In this document: positions 1 through 7,222 of the stretch, piece by piece | Layout: the number at the start of each line of letters is the position of its first letter | Numbering within the stretch: position 1 is the first letter of the stretch | Origin: a virus | IMG/VR virus record: IMGVR_UViG_3300040807_000340 | DNA length: 33,480 nucleotides | Direction: 5' to 3' (one strand) | Program-made: the position numbers and the translations under genes | The notes under the pieces: generated by a model | Seen by the model: the letters and a program-made list of their open reading frames with translations, nothing else | What the model was told of the DNA's origin: nothing | Database searches by the model: none

Positions 1-127
1 GCAACGTGGTTGTAATTGAGGACAACGATGAGGCTGGCAAGGCACACGCTGATGTCGTTACAGGTCAGCTATTCCCGGTGGCGAAGCGCATCAAGCGCGT
101 GAGCCTGCCGGGATTGGCTGACAAGGG
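1..127. repeat. Exact 127-nt terminal overlap, copy 1 (identical to 33354-33480)
   Basis: Direct comparison shows gcaacgtggttgtaattgaggacaacg...ggattggctgacaaggg at both window ends with no mismatch. It lies inside a reading frame that continues across the junction. Confidence 0.97.
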
Positions 128-1217
128 TGATGTGTTTGACTGGTTAAAGAGCAACAGCCCGGCTGATCTGATGGCATTGGTCAAAGAGACGCCAGCCATT
201 GAGCAGCAGCCAGAGATAATCGAGCCAGAAGATAGCCCAGACATTTACCCGCTGTATGATGAGGCATACCTGATGAATATGCCGCCAGTCGAGTGGATGA
301 TAGACGGCGTCCTAACCAAGCACGGCTTCGCGGTCATGTATGGTGCGCCGGGTACTGGTAAGTCGTTTATCGCTATTGATATGGCGTTGTGTATGGCACA
401 CGACATAGCGTGGCACGGCAGACAGACAAACGCCGGGGCTGTTCTATATATAGCCGGTGAGGGTGTTGGTGGCCTTGGCAAACGCGTCAAGGCGTGGAAA
501 CTGCACCACGGCATCGAGGGCAATGGCTCATTGAAGGTATTGCCCGTGGCTGTCGATATGATGGATCAGGAAAGCATTGAGCGGCTGCTGCGCACCATTG
601 ACAGCCTCGACACCAACTTTAGCTGTTTGGTCATTGACACAGTCGCCAGATCAATGACGGGCGAAGAGAACAGCGCAACAGATATGTCGGCGTTTATACG
701 CGGCTGTGACGCCATCAAGCACCACACGGGCTGTGGCCTGCTGGCAATACACCACGCTGGCAAGGACGCCAGCCGTGGCATCAATAGTATGCGCGGATCA
801 AGCGCATTGGCTGGTGCTGCCGACACTGTGTTGGCTGTTGGCAAGTCGGAAAACATCGTGGCACTCACAATGGAAAAGCAAAAAGATAGCGATCCTATGG
901 ATAAGATCACGTTTGAAATGGTCAGCATTGCTCTAATGAACGACACCAGCGTGGTTATGGAACCAATTGAGGCGCAGGGTGCAACGAAGAAACAAAGCCT
1001 GTCACCGCGCCAATATCACGCGCTGCAAGCGCTGCAAAATACGCTGATAAAGATGCAGGTTGATAGCATCGCAAGTGACGTTTGGCATGATGCGCATAGG
1101 CTCAAATCACCCGATTTAACGTCAACACAACGCAAAGATGCCCGCCAAGGGCTGCAAGATAAGGGTGTGGTCACATCCCACGAGGGTAAAGTGTGGATAA
1201 ACAAGAACATAGCGTAA
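1..1217 (+). CDS. Primase-helicase, C-terminal part (RecA/DnaB-like AAA_25-type helicase domain). It is the same gene as 32762-33480 across the circular junction.
   Basis: The frame of 32762.. runs into nt 3,6,9.. of the window start (GRNVVVIEDNDEAGKAH read at both ends). Motifs: Walker A GAPGTGKS, Walker B-like CLVIDT, HHAGKD. Stop TAA at 1215-1217. The joined ORF would be 602 aa. Confidence 0.88.
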   Translation, partial: NVVVIEDNDEAGKAHADVVTGQLFPVAKRIKRVSLPGLADKGDVFDWLKSNSPADLMALVKETPAIEQQPEIIEPEDSPDIYPLYDEAYLMNMPPVEWMIDGVLTKHGFAVMYGAPGTGKSFIAIDMALCMAHDIAWHGRQTNAGAVLYIAGEGVGGLGKRVKAWKLHHGIEGNGSLKVLPVAVDMMDQESIERLLRTIDSLDTNFSCLVIDTVARSMTGEENSATDMSAFIRGCDAIKHHTGCGLLAIHHAGKDASRGINSMRGSSALAGAADTVLAVGKSENIVALTMEKQKDSDPMDKITFEMVSIALMNDTSVVMEPIEAQGATKKQSLSPRQYHALQALQNTLIKMQVDSIASDVWHDAHRLKSPDLTSTQRKDARQGLQDKGVVTSHEGKVWINKNIA

Positions 1218-1219
1218 AA

Positions 1220-1315
1220 TGTGGGGTCATCACCCCACACTTACCCCACACCTGGCCCACGGTGGGTGGGGTGGGGTGTTCCTTAGGAACCCACCCCCAC
1301 ACCCCACACCCCACA
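1220..1315. repeat. Array of the heptamer GTGGGGT/ACCCCAC in both orientations plus hairpins. Candidate origin/iteron or regulator-binding array.
   Basis: GTGGGGT starts at 1221, 1266 and 1271. ACCCCAC starts at 1232, 1243, 1301 and 1308. Variants: ACCCCCAC at 1293 and GCCCAC at 1255. A perfect 8-bp hairpin TGTGGGGT-catc-ACCCCACA spans 1220-1239. The palindrome GTTCC-tta-GGAAC at 1278-1290 sits between a G-tract arm and a C-tract arm. Confidence 0.6.
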
Positions 1316-1328
1316 AGGAGAGATAAAA

Positions 1329-1892
1329 ATGGCAAGAATAAGTAAACCAACAAAGCAACATTATGCGCCTAGTGAAGGTGCGATGAGGCGTATGCAAGAT
1401 GCACTGCATCACTATGACCGAGAGGTTAAAGCAATAGAATTGAAATGGGGCGTGGACCGTTTGCCTTGGCTAGTGGACGAGGCACTGCGAGGTAGGTTTG
1501 AAGCGCAGATGGATAGACTGAATGAGGCCATCGACAAAATGCAAGATGTTGAGCATCAGGTGTCTGTCACATTGCGCGGTGTTGAGGCAATGGTGAATGC
1601 AGCCACAGCGGCGGGCCATAAGCCGCTGACTGGTGAGTATTGGGAAGCGCCGATGCCGCAGGGGCAGGTGTTAGCCATCACGCGAAATGAATATGAGGCT
1701 GGTAAGGTCAAGGCCGAAAACCGCAGTATGTTGGTTTATAGCATTGGTGAGATCGCTGTGATCATAGAGCAATGGCAACGCGATAAGGCGGGCCAGCTAT
1801 CCAACGCCGCAAAAGAGATGTGGCCCGGTGCCACGGTTGAAAGGGTCAGCATAGCAAAAAAGGAACTGATAGATGACGACATACCATTTTAG
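1329..1892 (+). CDS. Hypothetical replication-module protein (187 aa) ending in an SSB-type C-terminal tip (IDDDIPF)
   Basis: SD aaggagag lies 6 nt upstream of ATG 1329. The ORF is in the track. The last six residues DDDIPF equal the conserved bacterial SSB tip. The rest is helical-looking with no OB-fold-like pattern that I recognise. Confidence 0.7.
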   Translation: MARISKPTKQHYAPSEGAMRRMQDALHHYDREVKAIELKWGVDRLPWLVDEALRGRFEAQMDRLNEAIDKMQDVEHQVSVTLRGVEAMVNAATAAGHKPLTGEYWEAPMPQGQVLAITRNEYEAGKVKAENRSMLVYSIGEIAVIIEQWQRDKAGQLSNAAKEMWPGATVERVSIAKKELIDDDIPF

Positions 1893-2532
1893 AAAGTGGT
1901 CGGTGCTGCCGTCCAGAGCGGTTGGTGACCGGGAGTTGAAAGAGCGTGAACTGCGTGTGCTTGGTGCGCTGTGCATTTTTGCCAACAGGGCTGGCGTGTG
2001 TTGGCCTGCAATGGAAACTATTTGTGACATCACGGGCTTCAAAACGCGGCAGTCAGTGCATGACGCGCTAAAGGTGTTGAAGCGGCGCAAGTATGTGCGC
2101 AGGCTGATGCCCAAGGATTTCCAAGAGACATCGAGCGGATGGCACAGCAATCGCTATCAGGTGTTGTGGGATGGTGATGAACCGTTGCCCACATATGAAG
2201 AGATAGACATCGCCACACCATTACAGATACGCAGTGACGAAGATGAGGCAGACGCTAATGTAATAGGGGGTATGGGGGATGGAGACTTAGTCTCTCGCGC
2301 ATCGGATCAGCCGGAAGCGGCGGCGATCTGCCACGCTTACCTGCGGGCCGTGCAGCAGGCGACAGGGCAGGCCCGGATGTATGACAACGAGATAGCCCAA
2401 GCCCGGCGTCTGGCTGTCGCTGGCTTCACTGCGGCTGATGTGCGGGCGGCCACGCTAAACGTGTGTGATAGAGCCATAGAGCGCAGGGCCGGGGTGCCGT
2501 CACTGTACGATGTGGCGCAGGGGATGGTGTGA
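1873..2532 (+). CDS. Winged-helix (HTH_36-like) DNA-binding protein with a DnaD/replisome-organizer-like C-terminal half. Candidate replication initiator.
   Basis: N-terminal pattern FRKWSVLP..LKERELRVLGALCIFANRAGVCWPAMETICDITGFKTRQSVHDALKVLKRRKYV is typical of phage wHTH initiators. SD aagga is upstream. The start overlaps the previous gene by 20 nt. Confidence 0.6.
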   Translation: MTTYHFRKWSVLPSRAVGDRELKERELRVLGALCIFANRAGVCWPAMETICDITGFKTRQSVHDALKVLKRRKYVRRLMPKDFQETSSGWHSNRYQVLWDGDEPLPTYEEIDIATPLQIRSDEDEADANVIGGMGDGDLVSRASDQPEAAAICHAYLRAVQQATGQARMYDNEIAQARRLAVAGFTAADVRAATLNVCDRAIERRAGVPSLYDVAQGMV

Positions 2533-2783
2533 TGTGCAACGAACATACCGACATATGCTTTTGCACAGCGCAGGCAGGCAGGGGCGCCGGTCTGGCCGCC
2601 AGCGGAGAGGCACCCCTTGCCCCCCGCCCCTCCTCCTCTATAGGTGGGGGTGTCACACAAAATTTTCCTGCAATTCCCTGCGCCGACTGCGATGATGGTT
2701 GGATACGGGAGCCAGACGGGTATGGTTGCGTACAGTGGACATTGTGCTATCGTTGTGGTGGTGATGGGAGTATAACAAAATGA
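2532..2783 (+). CDS. Small Cys-rich protein with a DnaJ-type zinc-finger motif (CADCDDGW ... CYRCGGDG)
   Basis: ATG 2532 overlaps the upstream stop TGA 2530-2532 (GTG 2529 is an alternative start). CxxCxGxG-type motifs sit in the C-terminal half. The N-terminal half is low-complexity, so the start is uncertain. Confidence 0.5.
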   Translation: MCNEHTDICFCTAQAGRGAGLAASGEAPLAPRPSSSIGGGVTQNFPAIPCADCDDGWIREPDGYGCVQWTLCYRCGGDGSITK

Positions 2784-2953
2784 CTGATAATTTTTACGAG
2801 GGTGATGGAACATTTCAGCGGCGGCTTGACAACAGCCAGTGCCCCCGTTGCAGATGCACGATCAATAGGGTACGCAGTGAGGCGCATAAGGACGAATACA
2901 AGTGTTGTGCGTGTAATTTGAAAATAGTTGATTATAAGGGTGACAACCAATGA
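2780..2953 (+). CDS. 57-aa zinc-ribbon mini-protein (CPRC ... CCAC), below the ORF-track length cutoff
   Basis: Hand translation: MTDNFYEGDGTFQRRLDNSQCPRCRCTINRVRSEAHKDEYKCCACNLKIVDYKGDNQ. ATGA overlaps occur at both ends (2780-2783 and 2950-2953), which fits the coupled gene chain. Confidence 0.55.
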   Translation: MTDNFYEGDGTFQRRLDNSQCPRCRCTINRVRSEAHKDEYKCCACNLKIVDYKGDNQ

Positions 2954-3231
2954 ACAGAAATGAGTTATTAGATGCAGCCAAGGCCACGGTTGCTGATCGC
3001 GGCGAGGCGTATGGCAGCGTATGGGACAATCACGAGCGCATCGCTATTATCTGGACGGCGCTTATTGGCATACAGATTGAGCCAGAACACGTTGCTATTA
3101 TGATGGCCGGGCTTAAATTAGCGCGGCTGGCCGCAACGCCGGATCATCAAGATAGCTGGGTGGATCTGGCTGGTTATGCCGCAACAGGATCGGAGTGCCT
3201 TCATGTCAGACAACAAATCGCCAACGATTAG
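2950..3231 (+). CDS. Conserved small phage protein (resembles the DUF6378-type family, from memory)
   Basis: Pattern RGEAYGS..NHERIA.IW...........V.IMM.GLKLARL......DSWVDLAGY. The start shares an ATGA overlap with the upstream ORF. Confidence 0.55.
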   Translation: MNRNELLDAAKATVADRGEAYGSVWDNHERIAIIWTALIGIQIEPEHVAIMMAGLKLARLAATPDHQDSWVDLAGYAATGSECLHVRQQIAND

Positions 3232-3613
3232 GCAACAACGCGCCGCCCTTGCCTCAAGCGATGAGGCGAGGCGCGAAGCGGTTGTGCAGGAACTAGAGGC
3301 CATTGGCGCTGGTGAGGCGACTGATGTCATTCAGTGGGACGATATGGGCCGCGTCACACTGACGCCCAGCGATCAGTTGTCGGAACGCGCCAAACGTGCA
3401 ATTAAAAAGGTGAAGGTCACGCCAAACCAGTGGGGCAACACAATTGAGGTTGAGATGCATGATAAGCTGTCGGCGCTGCGTCTTTTGGCGAAGCATCGCG
3501 GCCTGCTAGAGCCGAACAGCGACAACATGAAGCCTAGTATGATTGGCATCAACATTACCGGGCCGACAACTAGCATAGTGGAGATTGATGACGATGACAG
3601 CGGAAGTGATTAA
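3203..3613 (+). CDS. terS: Terminase small subunit (Terminase_2/P27-like)
   Basis: C-terminal hallmark MHDKLSALRLLAKHRGLLEP. The gene sits two genes upstream of terL, separated by the 3588-3809 zinc-ribbon ORF. The internal ATG 3203, preceded by ggagtg, is preferred over the track start 3176, which overlaps the previous gene by 56 nt. Confidence 0.75.
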   Translation: MSDNKSPTIRQQRAALASSDEARREAVVQELEAIGAGEATDVIQWDDMGRVTLTPSDQLSERAKRAIKKVKVTPNQWGNTIEVEMHDKLSALRLLAKHRGLLEPNSDNMKPSMIGINITGPTTSIVEIDDDDSGSD

Positions 3614-3809
3614 TATTAAAGATTTCCAGTCAGTTCGATTTTTTAAAACGAGCGTGATTTGTGGTTGGTGTGAGAGTGACACGCATGGCCGGGTTGCTGA
3701 TCGCAGTGAGGCGGTTGTTTGCCACGTTTGTGATGGCCCGATGATTGAGGTTGGTGCGGCTGATATGGACACCGTGACTACTATATTGTTTAGCCCGGAT
3801 AATGACTGA
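3588..3809 (+). CDS. Small zinc-ribbon protein (CGWC ... CHVC), hypothetical
   Basis: The ORF is in the track. ATG 3588 or 3594 follows gtggag. Two CxxC pairs are present. The stop TGA overlaps the terL ATG. Confidence 0.5.
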   Translation: MTMTAEVINIKDFQSVRFFKTSVICGWCESDTHGRVADRSEAVVCHVCDGPMIEVGAADMDTVTTILFSPDND

Positions 3810-5362
3810 TGCCCAGATCACAACGTGCAACTGATAAATCCCCCCGCCGCCGCAAGCAGCCGACAACTGAGGCGCTTGCTGGTTTAAACCTTGATTTTTC
3901 GCAAAGTCCAACAGTATGGCAATTTTTACAAGACGACAGTTTCGTGCGTGGCTTGATGGGGCCGGTAGGCTCTGGCAAGACATTTGCTTCATTAGCGGAA
4001 GTGATGTTGAGGGCTGTGAAGCAGGAGCCTTCGCCGATAGATGGGATCAGATATACTCGATTTGCAGTTATCCGAAACAGTTACCCGGAACTGAGGACTA
4101 CCACGATCAAGACGTGGCAAGAGATCTTCCCGGAAAATGTGTGGGGGCCGATGCGCTGGTCACCGCCGATCACGCACCACATAAAACTGCCGCCTAGAGA
4201 CGGTGCCGCTGGCATCGACTGCGAGGTGATATTTCTGGCGCTAGATCAGCCCCGCGATGTGCGAAAACTTTTATCTTTGGAATTGACAGGGGGCTTCATA
4301 GATGAGGCGCGTGAGTTGCCAAAGGCGGTGGTTGACGGCCTGACATCGCGTGTCGGACGTTACCCCACCAAGGCCAATGCTGGTTGCACTTGGCGCGGCG
4401 TGTGGATGAGTACCAACCCGATGGACAGTGACCACTGGTGGCCGAACCTAGCGGAGAAAAACCCTATCAGGGGCAAGTACCCGTGGAAGTTTTACAAGCA
4501 GCCCGGCGGCGTCATTGAGGGTACGGCAGAACATGAGGGTAATATTTTTTCTGCTGGCAAGTATTGGATCAACAACCCCAAGGCTGAGAACATCAACAAT
4601 CTGCCGCCGGGGTATTATGAACAGCAATTGGCTGGCAAGACTATTGATTGGATACAGTGTTACGCTGGTGCGCAGTACGTTTATGTTCAGGATGGCAAGC
4701 CGGTCTGGCCTGAGTTTTCTGATAGCGTCATGTCAGGCGATGTTGAGATAGAACCCGGCTGGCCCGTTCATATCGGCCTTGACTTTGGTTTGACCCCTGC
4801 GGCTGTGTTTGGGCAAAAAATGCAGAATGGCAAATGGAATGTTGTGCATGAACTGGTGGCGTTTGATATGGGCCTTGAGAGGTTCTGCCATCACTTGCTG
4901 GCTGATATTCAGACGATGTTTCCAAAGTCTGACGTATTGGTCTGGGGTGACCCGGCAGGCGTCAAGCGCGATGAGATATTTGAGGTGACGGCGTTTGAGC
5001 ATTTAAAGACGATGGGATTACACGCGAGGCCCACTAGCACAAACGATTTTAAGGTTCGGCGCGAGGCCGGGGCAATGCCGATGAACCGCATGATTGACGG
5101 CAAGGCTGGCTTGACTGTTAGCAGCAAATGCACCCGCACCCGCAAATCGCTTGCTGGTGGCTACCACTTTAAGCGTGTTGCGGTTGGTGCCGGGTATGAG
5201 CGCTTTAGGGATGCGCCGAATAAGAATGAACACTCACACGTTGGCGATGCGTTTGGCTATTTGATGCTTGGCGCTGGCGAGGTGCGGAGCATTACGCGAA
5301 ACAGCCAGTTTAGTAAACAGTTTAAGATGCTGACGGCAAATGCAGATTTCGACATCTTCTAA
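3809..5362 (+). CDS. terL: Terminase large subunit
   Basis: Walker A GPVGSGKT and Walker B-like GGFIDEAREL, with a C-terminal nuclease-type region (HVGDAFGY). 517 aa. TGATG coupling to the upstream ORF. Confidence 0.9.
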   Translation: MPRSQRATDKSPRRRKQPTTEALAGLNLDFSQSPTVWQFLQDDSFVRGLMGPVGSGKTFASLAEVMLRAVKQEPSPIDGIRYTRFAVIRNSYPELRTTTIKTWQEIFPENVWGPMRWSPPITHHIKLPPRDGAAGIDCEVIFLALDQPRDVRKLLSLELTGGFIDEARELPKAVVDGLTSRVGRYPTKANAGCTWRGVWMSTNPMDSDHWWPNLAEKNPIRGKYPWKFYKQPGGVIEGTAEHEGNIFSAGKYWINNPKAENINNLPPGYYEQQLAGKTIDWIQCYAGAQYVYVQDGKPVWPEFSDSVMSGDVEIEPGWPVHIGLDFGLTPAAVFGQKMQNGKWNVVHELVAFDMGLERFCHHLLADIQTMFPKSDVLVWGDPAGVKRDEIFEVTAFEHLKTMGLHARPTSTNDFKVRREAGAMPMNRMIDGKAGLTVSSKCTRTRKSLAGGYHFKRVAVGAGYERFRDAPNKNEHSHVGDAFGYLMLGAGEVRSITRNSQFSKQFKMLTANADFDIF

Positions 5363-5429
5363 TTGGCGTCATGGCCTTTGCAGTAATGGCGGGGTTTCTA
5401 TTGTGCCGTTTCATTGGGGCCACGCCTAC

Positions 5430-5837
5430 ATGGCTGATTTGCGCCCCATAGACCGGCAGTACATTGACCTAATACCAAATTATAAACACCATTTGCAGGT
5501 GGCGGCTGCCGCCGGCATCGCTTGTACGGCGATGCTGCGCGGCAAGATTGCCTGCTGTTTTGGCGTTAATGAGTTATGGCCGGGTGTCGGCGAGGGCTGG
5601 ATGTTGACAACAGACCACGTTAATACCGCGCCTGTATCACTTACTAGGGGTGCCTACCGCTATTTCAACCTGATTGCTACCGAACTGGTATTGCATAGGT
5701 TGCAGTTGACCGTGAACATGGACAATGACCTTGCCATAAGGTGGGCAGATGCGTTACAATTTGCGCCAGAAGGATTACTTAGGAATTATGGCCCTGATGG
5801 CGCTGACTATCGGATGTACGCGAGGTATTACAATTGA
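5430..5837 (+). CDS. GNAT-fold acetyltransferase-like protein (DUF2833-type resemblance)
   Basis: C-terminal pattern LHRLQLTVNMDNDLAIRWADALQFAPEGLLRNYGPDGADYRMYAR resembles the GNAT beta4-alpha3/beta5 region. The start is uncertain: ATG 5430, GTG 5403, or the track start 5340. Confidence 0.45.
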   Translation: MADLRPIDRQYIDLIPNYKHHLQVAAAAGIACTAMLRGKIACCFGVNELWPGVGEGWMLTTDHVNTAPVSLTRGAYRYFNLIATELVLHRLQLTVNMDNDLAIRWADALQFAPEGLLRNYGPDGADYRMYARYYN

Positions 5838-6070
5838 GCAGTTTGATTAAAACCCCAACGCCGCCCGCGCCTGATCCAGAACTGGTCGCCGCGCAAGAGC
5901 GCCAAGCGGCGATGCTTGAGGCCGAAGAAAAGCAAAAGAAAATGAAACTGGCTGCGATGATGAAATCAAAACAGTATGGCGCAAAGCGCCCATTACTTTC
6001 CACTTTGAGAAAGACGCCGGAAACCGGCATTGAAGATTCGCAAACAACACTTGGAGGTACAGATGGCTAA
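5834..6070 (+). CDS. Small conserved virion-associated-type protein (Pro-rich N-terminus, basic centre, KRPLLST motif)
   Basis: TTG start 5834 lies 7 nt after gaggt and overlaps the upstream stop. The pattern KTPTPPAPDPE....(basic coil)....KRPLLSTL recalls a small-protein family common in podoviruses. Confidence 0.5.
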   Translation: MSSLIKTPTPPAPDPELVAAQERQAAMLEAEEKQKKMKLAAMMKSKQYGAKRPLLSTLRKTPETGIEDSQTTLGGTDG

Positions 6071-6644
6071 AGGTGCTGGTGGGCCTGCTGGAATGGGGTC
6101 TAAATCAATGGAGGGATTTGGTGGTCCATCCAAGAGCGGCCCCGGTGCTGCTGGCCCTGCTGGCATGGGTGCCAAGTCAACTGCTGGATTTGCCGGTGGT
6201 GTAGTTGGCAAGGGTGGCAAGGTTGGCGGCGGTGCTAAAAAGCAGTCCAGCCTTATTGAGAGCCTGATAGGCATTGCGACAACGCCTATTGCCATGGTGA
6301 TGGCGCAGCCAATTTCTAAATTTACGCAATCACAAATAGCAAAAGTTGCAGCCCAACCCGGATCACAAAAGATTATGTTTCAAGACAAGGTTGTTGGTGT
6401 GCGTGATGAGTACGGCAGACTGACGGGCCGTGACCCATATGCAGAGCGCCCAGAAAAAGATAATGAAGATGAGATCCAAGCGGAAAAACAAAGAAAGGCT
6501 GCGGCGCTTGCACAACAAGAAATAGCAGCCCCGACTGATCTTGGTGGAAAAGAGGTTATACGCACTGCACTAGCAAAAGAAACAGAGGCGGCGCGGCGTT
6601 TAGGCAAAAGGTCGTTGTTATCTAAAATGTCTTTTTTGGGGTAA
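6063..6644 (+). CDS. Gly-rich low-complexity protein with an internal repeat and a C-terminal GKRSLLS motif
   Basis: ATG 6063 follows ggaggtacag and overlaps the upstream stop at 6068-6070. The repeat is GPAGMGSKSMEGFGG / GPAGMGAKSTAGFAGG. Confidence 0.65.
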   Translation: MAKGAGGPAGMGSKSMEGFGGPSKSGPGAAGPAGMGAKSTAGFAGGVVGKGGKVGGGAKKQSSLIESLIGIATTPIAMVMAQPISKFTQSQIAKVAAQPGSQKIMFQDKVVGVRDEYGRLTGRDPYAERPEKDNEDEIQAEKQRKAAALAQQEIAAPTDLGGKEVIRTALAKETEAARRLGKRSLLSKMSFLG

Positions 6645-6647
6645 CTG

Positions 6648-6782
6648 ATGCCGTTGGCTAAAGGTAAATCTAAGAAGGCCGTCAGCAAAAACATTTCGAC
6701 TTTGCGGCGCGAGGGTAGGCCACTAAAGCAGGCTATTGCTATTGCAATGCAAAAGGCTGGTAAGGAAAAGAAATATGGATAA
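6648..6782 (+). CDS. 44-aa basic mini-protein ([44 protein letters not shown]), below the ORF-track cutoff
   Basis: Hand translation. It resembles a widespread small family (..SK.I..L..EG.P.KQA.AIA..KAGK). It fills the gap between 6644 and 6775 exactly. Confidence 0.55.
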   Translation: MPLAKGKSKKAVSKNISTLRREGRPLKQAIAIAMQKAGKEKKYG

Positions 6783-6930
6783 GCAGGTCTGGGATAAAAA
6801 ACGCCCAAAAGATTTGGATAAGCCCAAGCAACTTAGCCCGGCTAAAAAGCGCAACGCCATGAGGGCGGCCAAGAAGGCTGGTCGTCCATACCCTAATTTG
6901 ATCGACAATATGAGGGCGGCCCGTGGCTAG
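6775..6930 (+). CDS. 51-aa basic mini-protein (..[31 protein letters not shown]..)
   Basis: Internal ATG 6775 follows aaggaaaag. The motif [12 protein letters not shown]-like is recalled from small proteins of marine phages and bacteria. Confidence 0.55.
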   Translation: MDKQVWDKKRPKDLDKPKQLSPAKKRNAMRAAKKAGRPYPNLIDNMRAARG

Positions 6931-7222
6931 TCCGGCTTGGCAGAGATCTGAGGGCAAAAACCCAAAGGGCGGTTTGAACGCCAAGGGCCGCGCATCTGCA
7001 AAGGCCGAGGGGATGAACCTAAAGGCGCCCGTAAAGTCTGGCGACAACCCACGCCGCGCATCGTTCTTGGCGCGGATGGGTGGTATGCCGGGGCCGGAAC
7101 GCGATGAAAAGGGCAAACCAACCCGCTTGCTTTTATCGCTTCAGGCTTGGGGCGCTAGTTCAAAATCAGACGCCAAATCGAAAGCGGCAGCCATAAGCAA
7201 AAGGAACAAATCTAATGCATAG
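6923..7222 (+). CDS. 99-aa basic protein (EGKNPKGGLNAKGR ... NPRRASFLARM ... GKPTRLLLSLQAWG)
   Basis: GTG start 6923 follows gaggg and overlaps the upstream gene by 8 nt. The ORF is in the track, and the motifs match a recurrent small-protein family as I recall it. Confidence 0.55.
   Translation: MASPAWQRSEGKNPKGGLNAKGRASAKAEGMNLKAPVKSGDNPRRASFLARMGGMPGPERDEKGKPTRLLLSLQAWGASSKSDAKSKAAAISKRNKSNA

Noticed and set aside
1-127. The 127-nt end repeat as a biological direct terminal repeat
   Set aside because: The repeat lies inside a gene whose frame continues across the junction. Its length is exactly a common maximal assembler k-mer (127). An assembly signature of circularity is the simpler reading, though only read-level data can exclude a true DTR.
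1278-1290. GTTCC-tta-GGAAC as a LexA/SOS box
   Set aside because: The half-site order and spacing do not match either the alphaproteobacterial direct-repeat GTTC-N7-GTTC box or the GAAC-N4-GTTC box. It is treated as part of the iteron array instead.
2337-2813. 158-aa antisense ORF (plus 2426-2656 and 2510-2695) over a GC-rich stretch
   Set aside because: It overlaps the coupled plus-strand gene chain, has no SD, and gives a low-complexity Ala/Pro/Gly-rich translation typical of the wrong frame of GC-rich DNA.
3176-3202. N-terminal extensions of longest-ORF calls (track starts 3176, 5340, 6030, 6736, 29014, 30797, 31029)
   Set aside because: Internal starts have better SD sequences and give the ATGA/TAATG coupling seen throughout the genome. 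The extensions overlap upstream genes extensively.
3916-4197. Alternative-frame ORFs inside terL (3916-4197, 4515-4751) and inside other large genes
   Set aside because: They are same-strand out-of-frame ORFs within a gene that has clear Walker motifs. There are no start signals and no indication of programmed frameshifting there.
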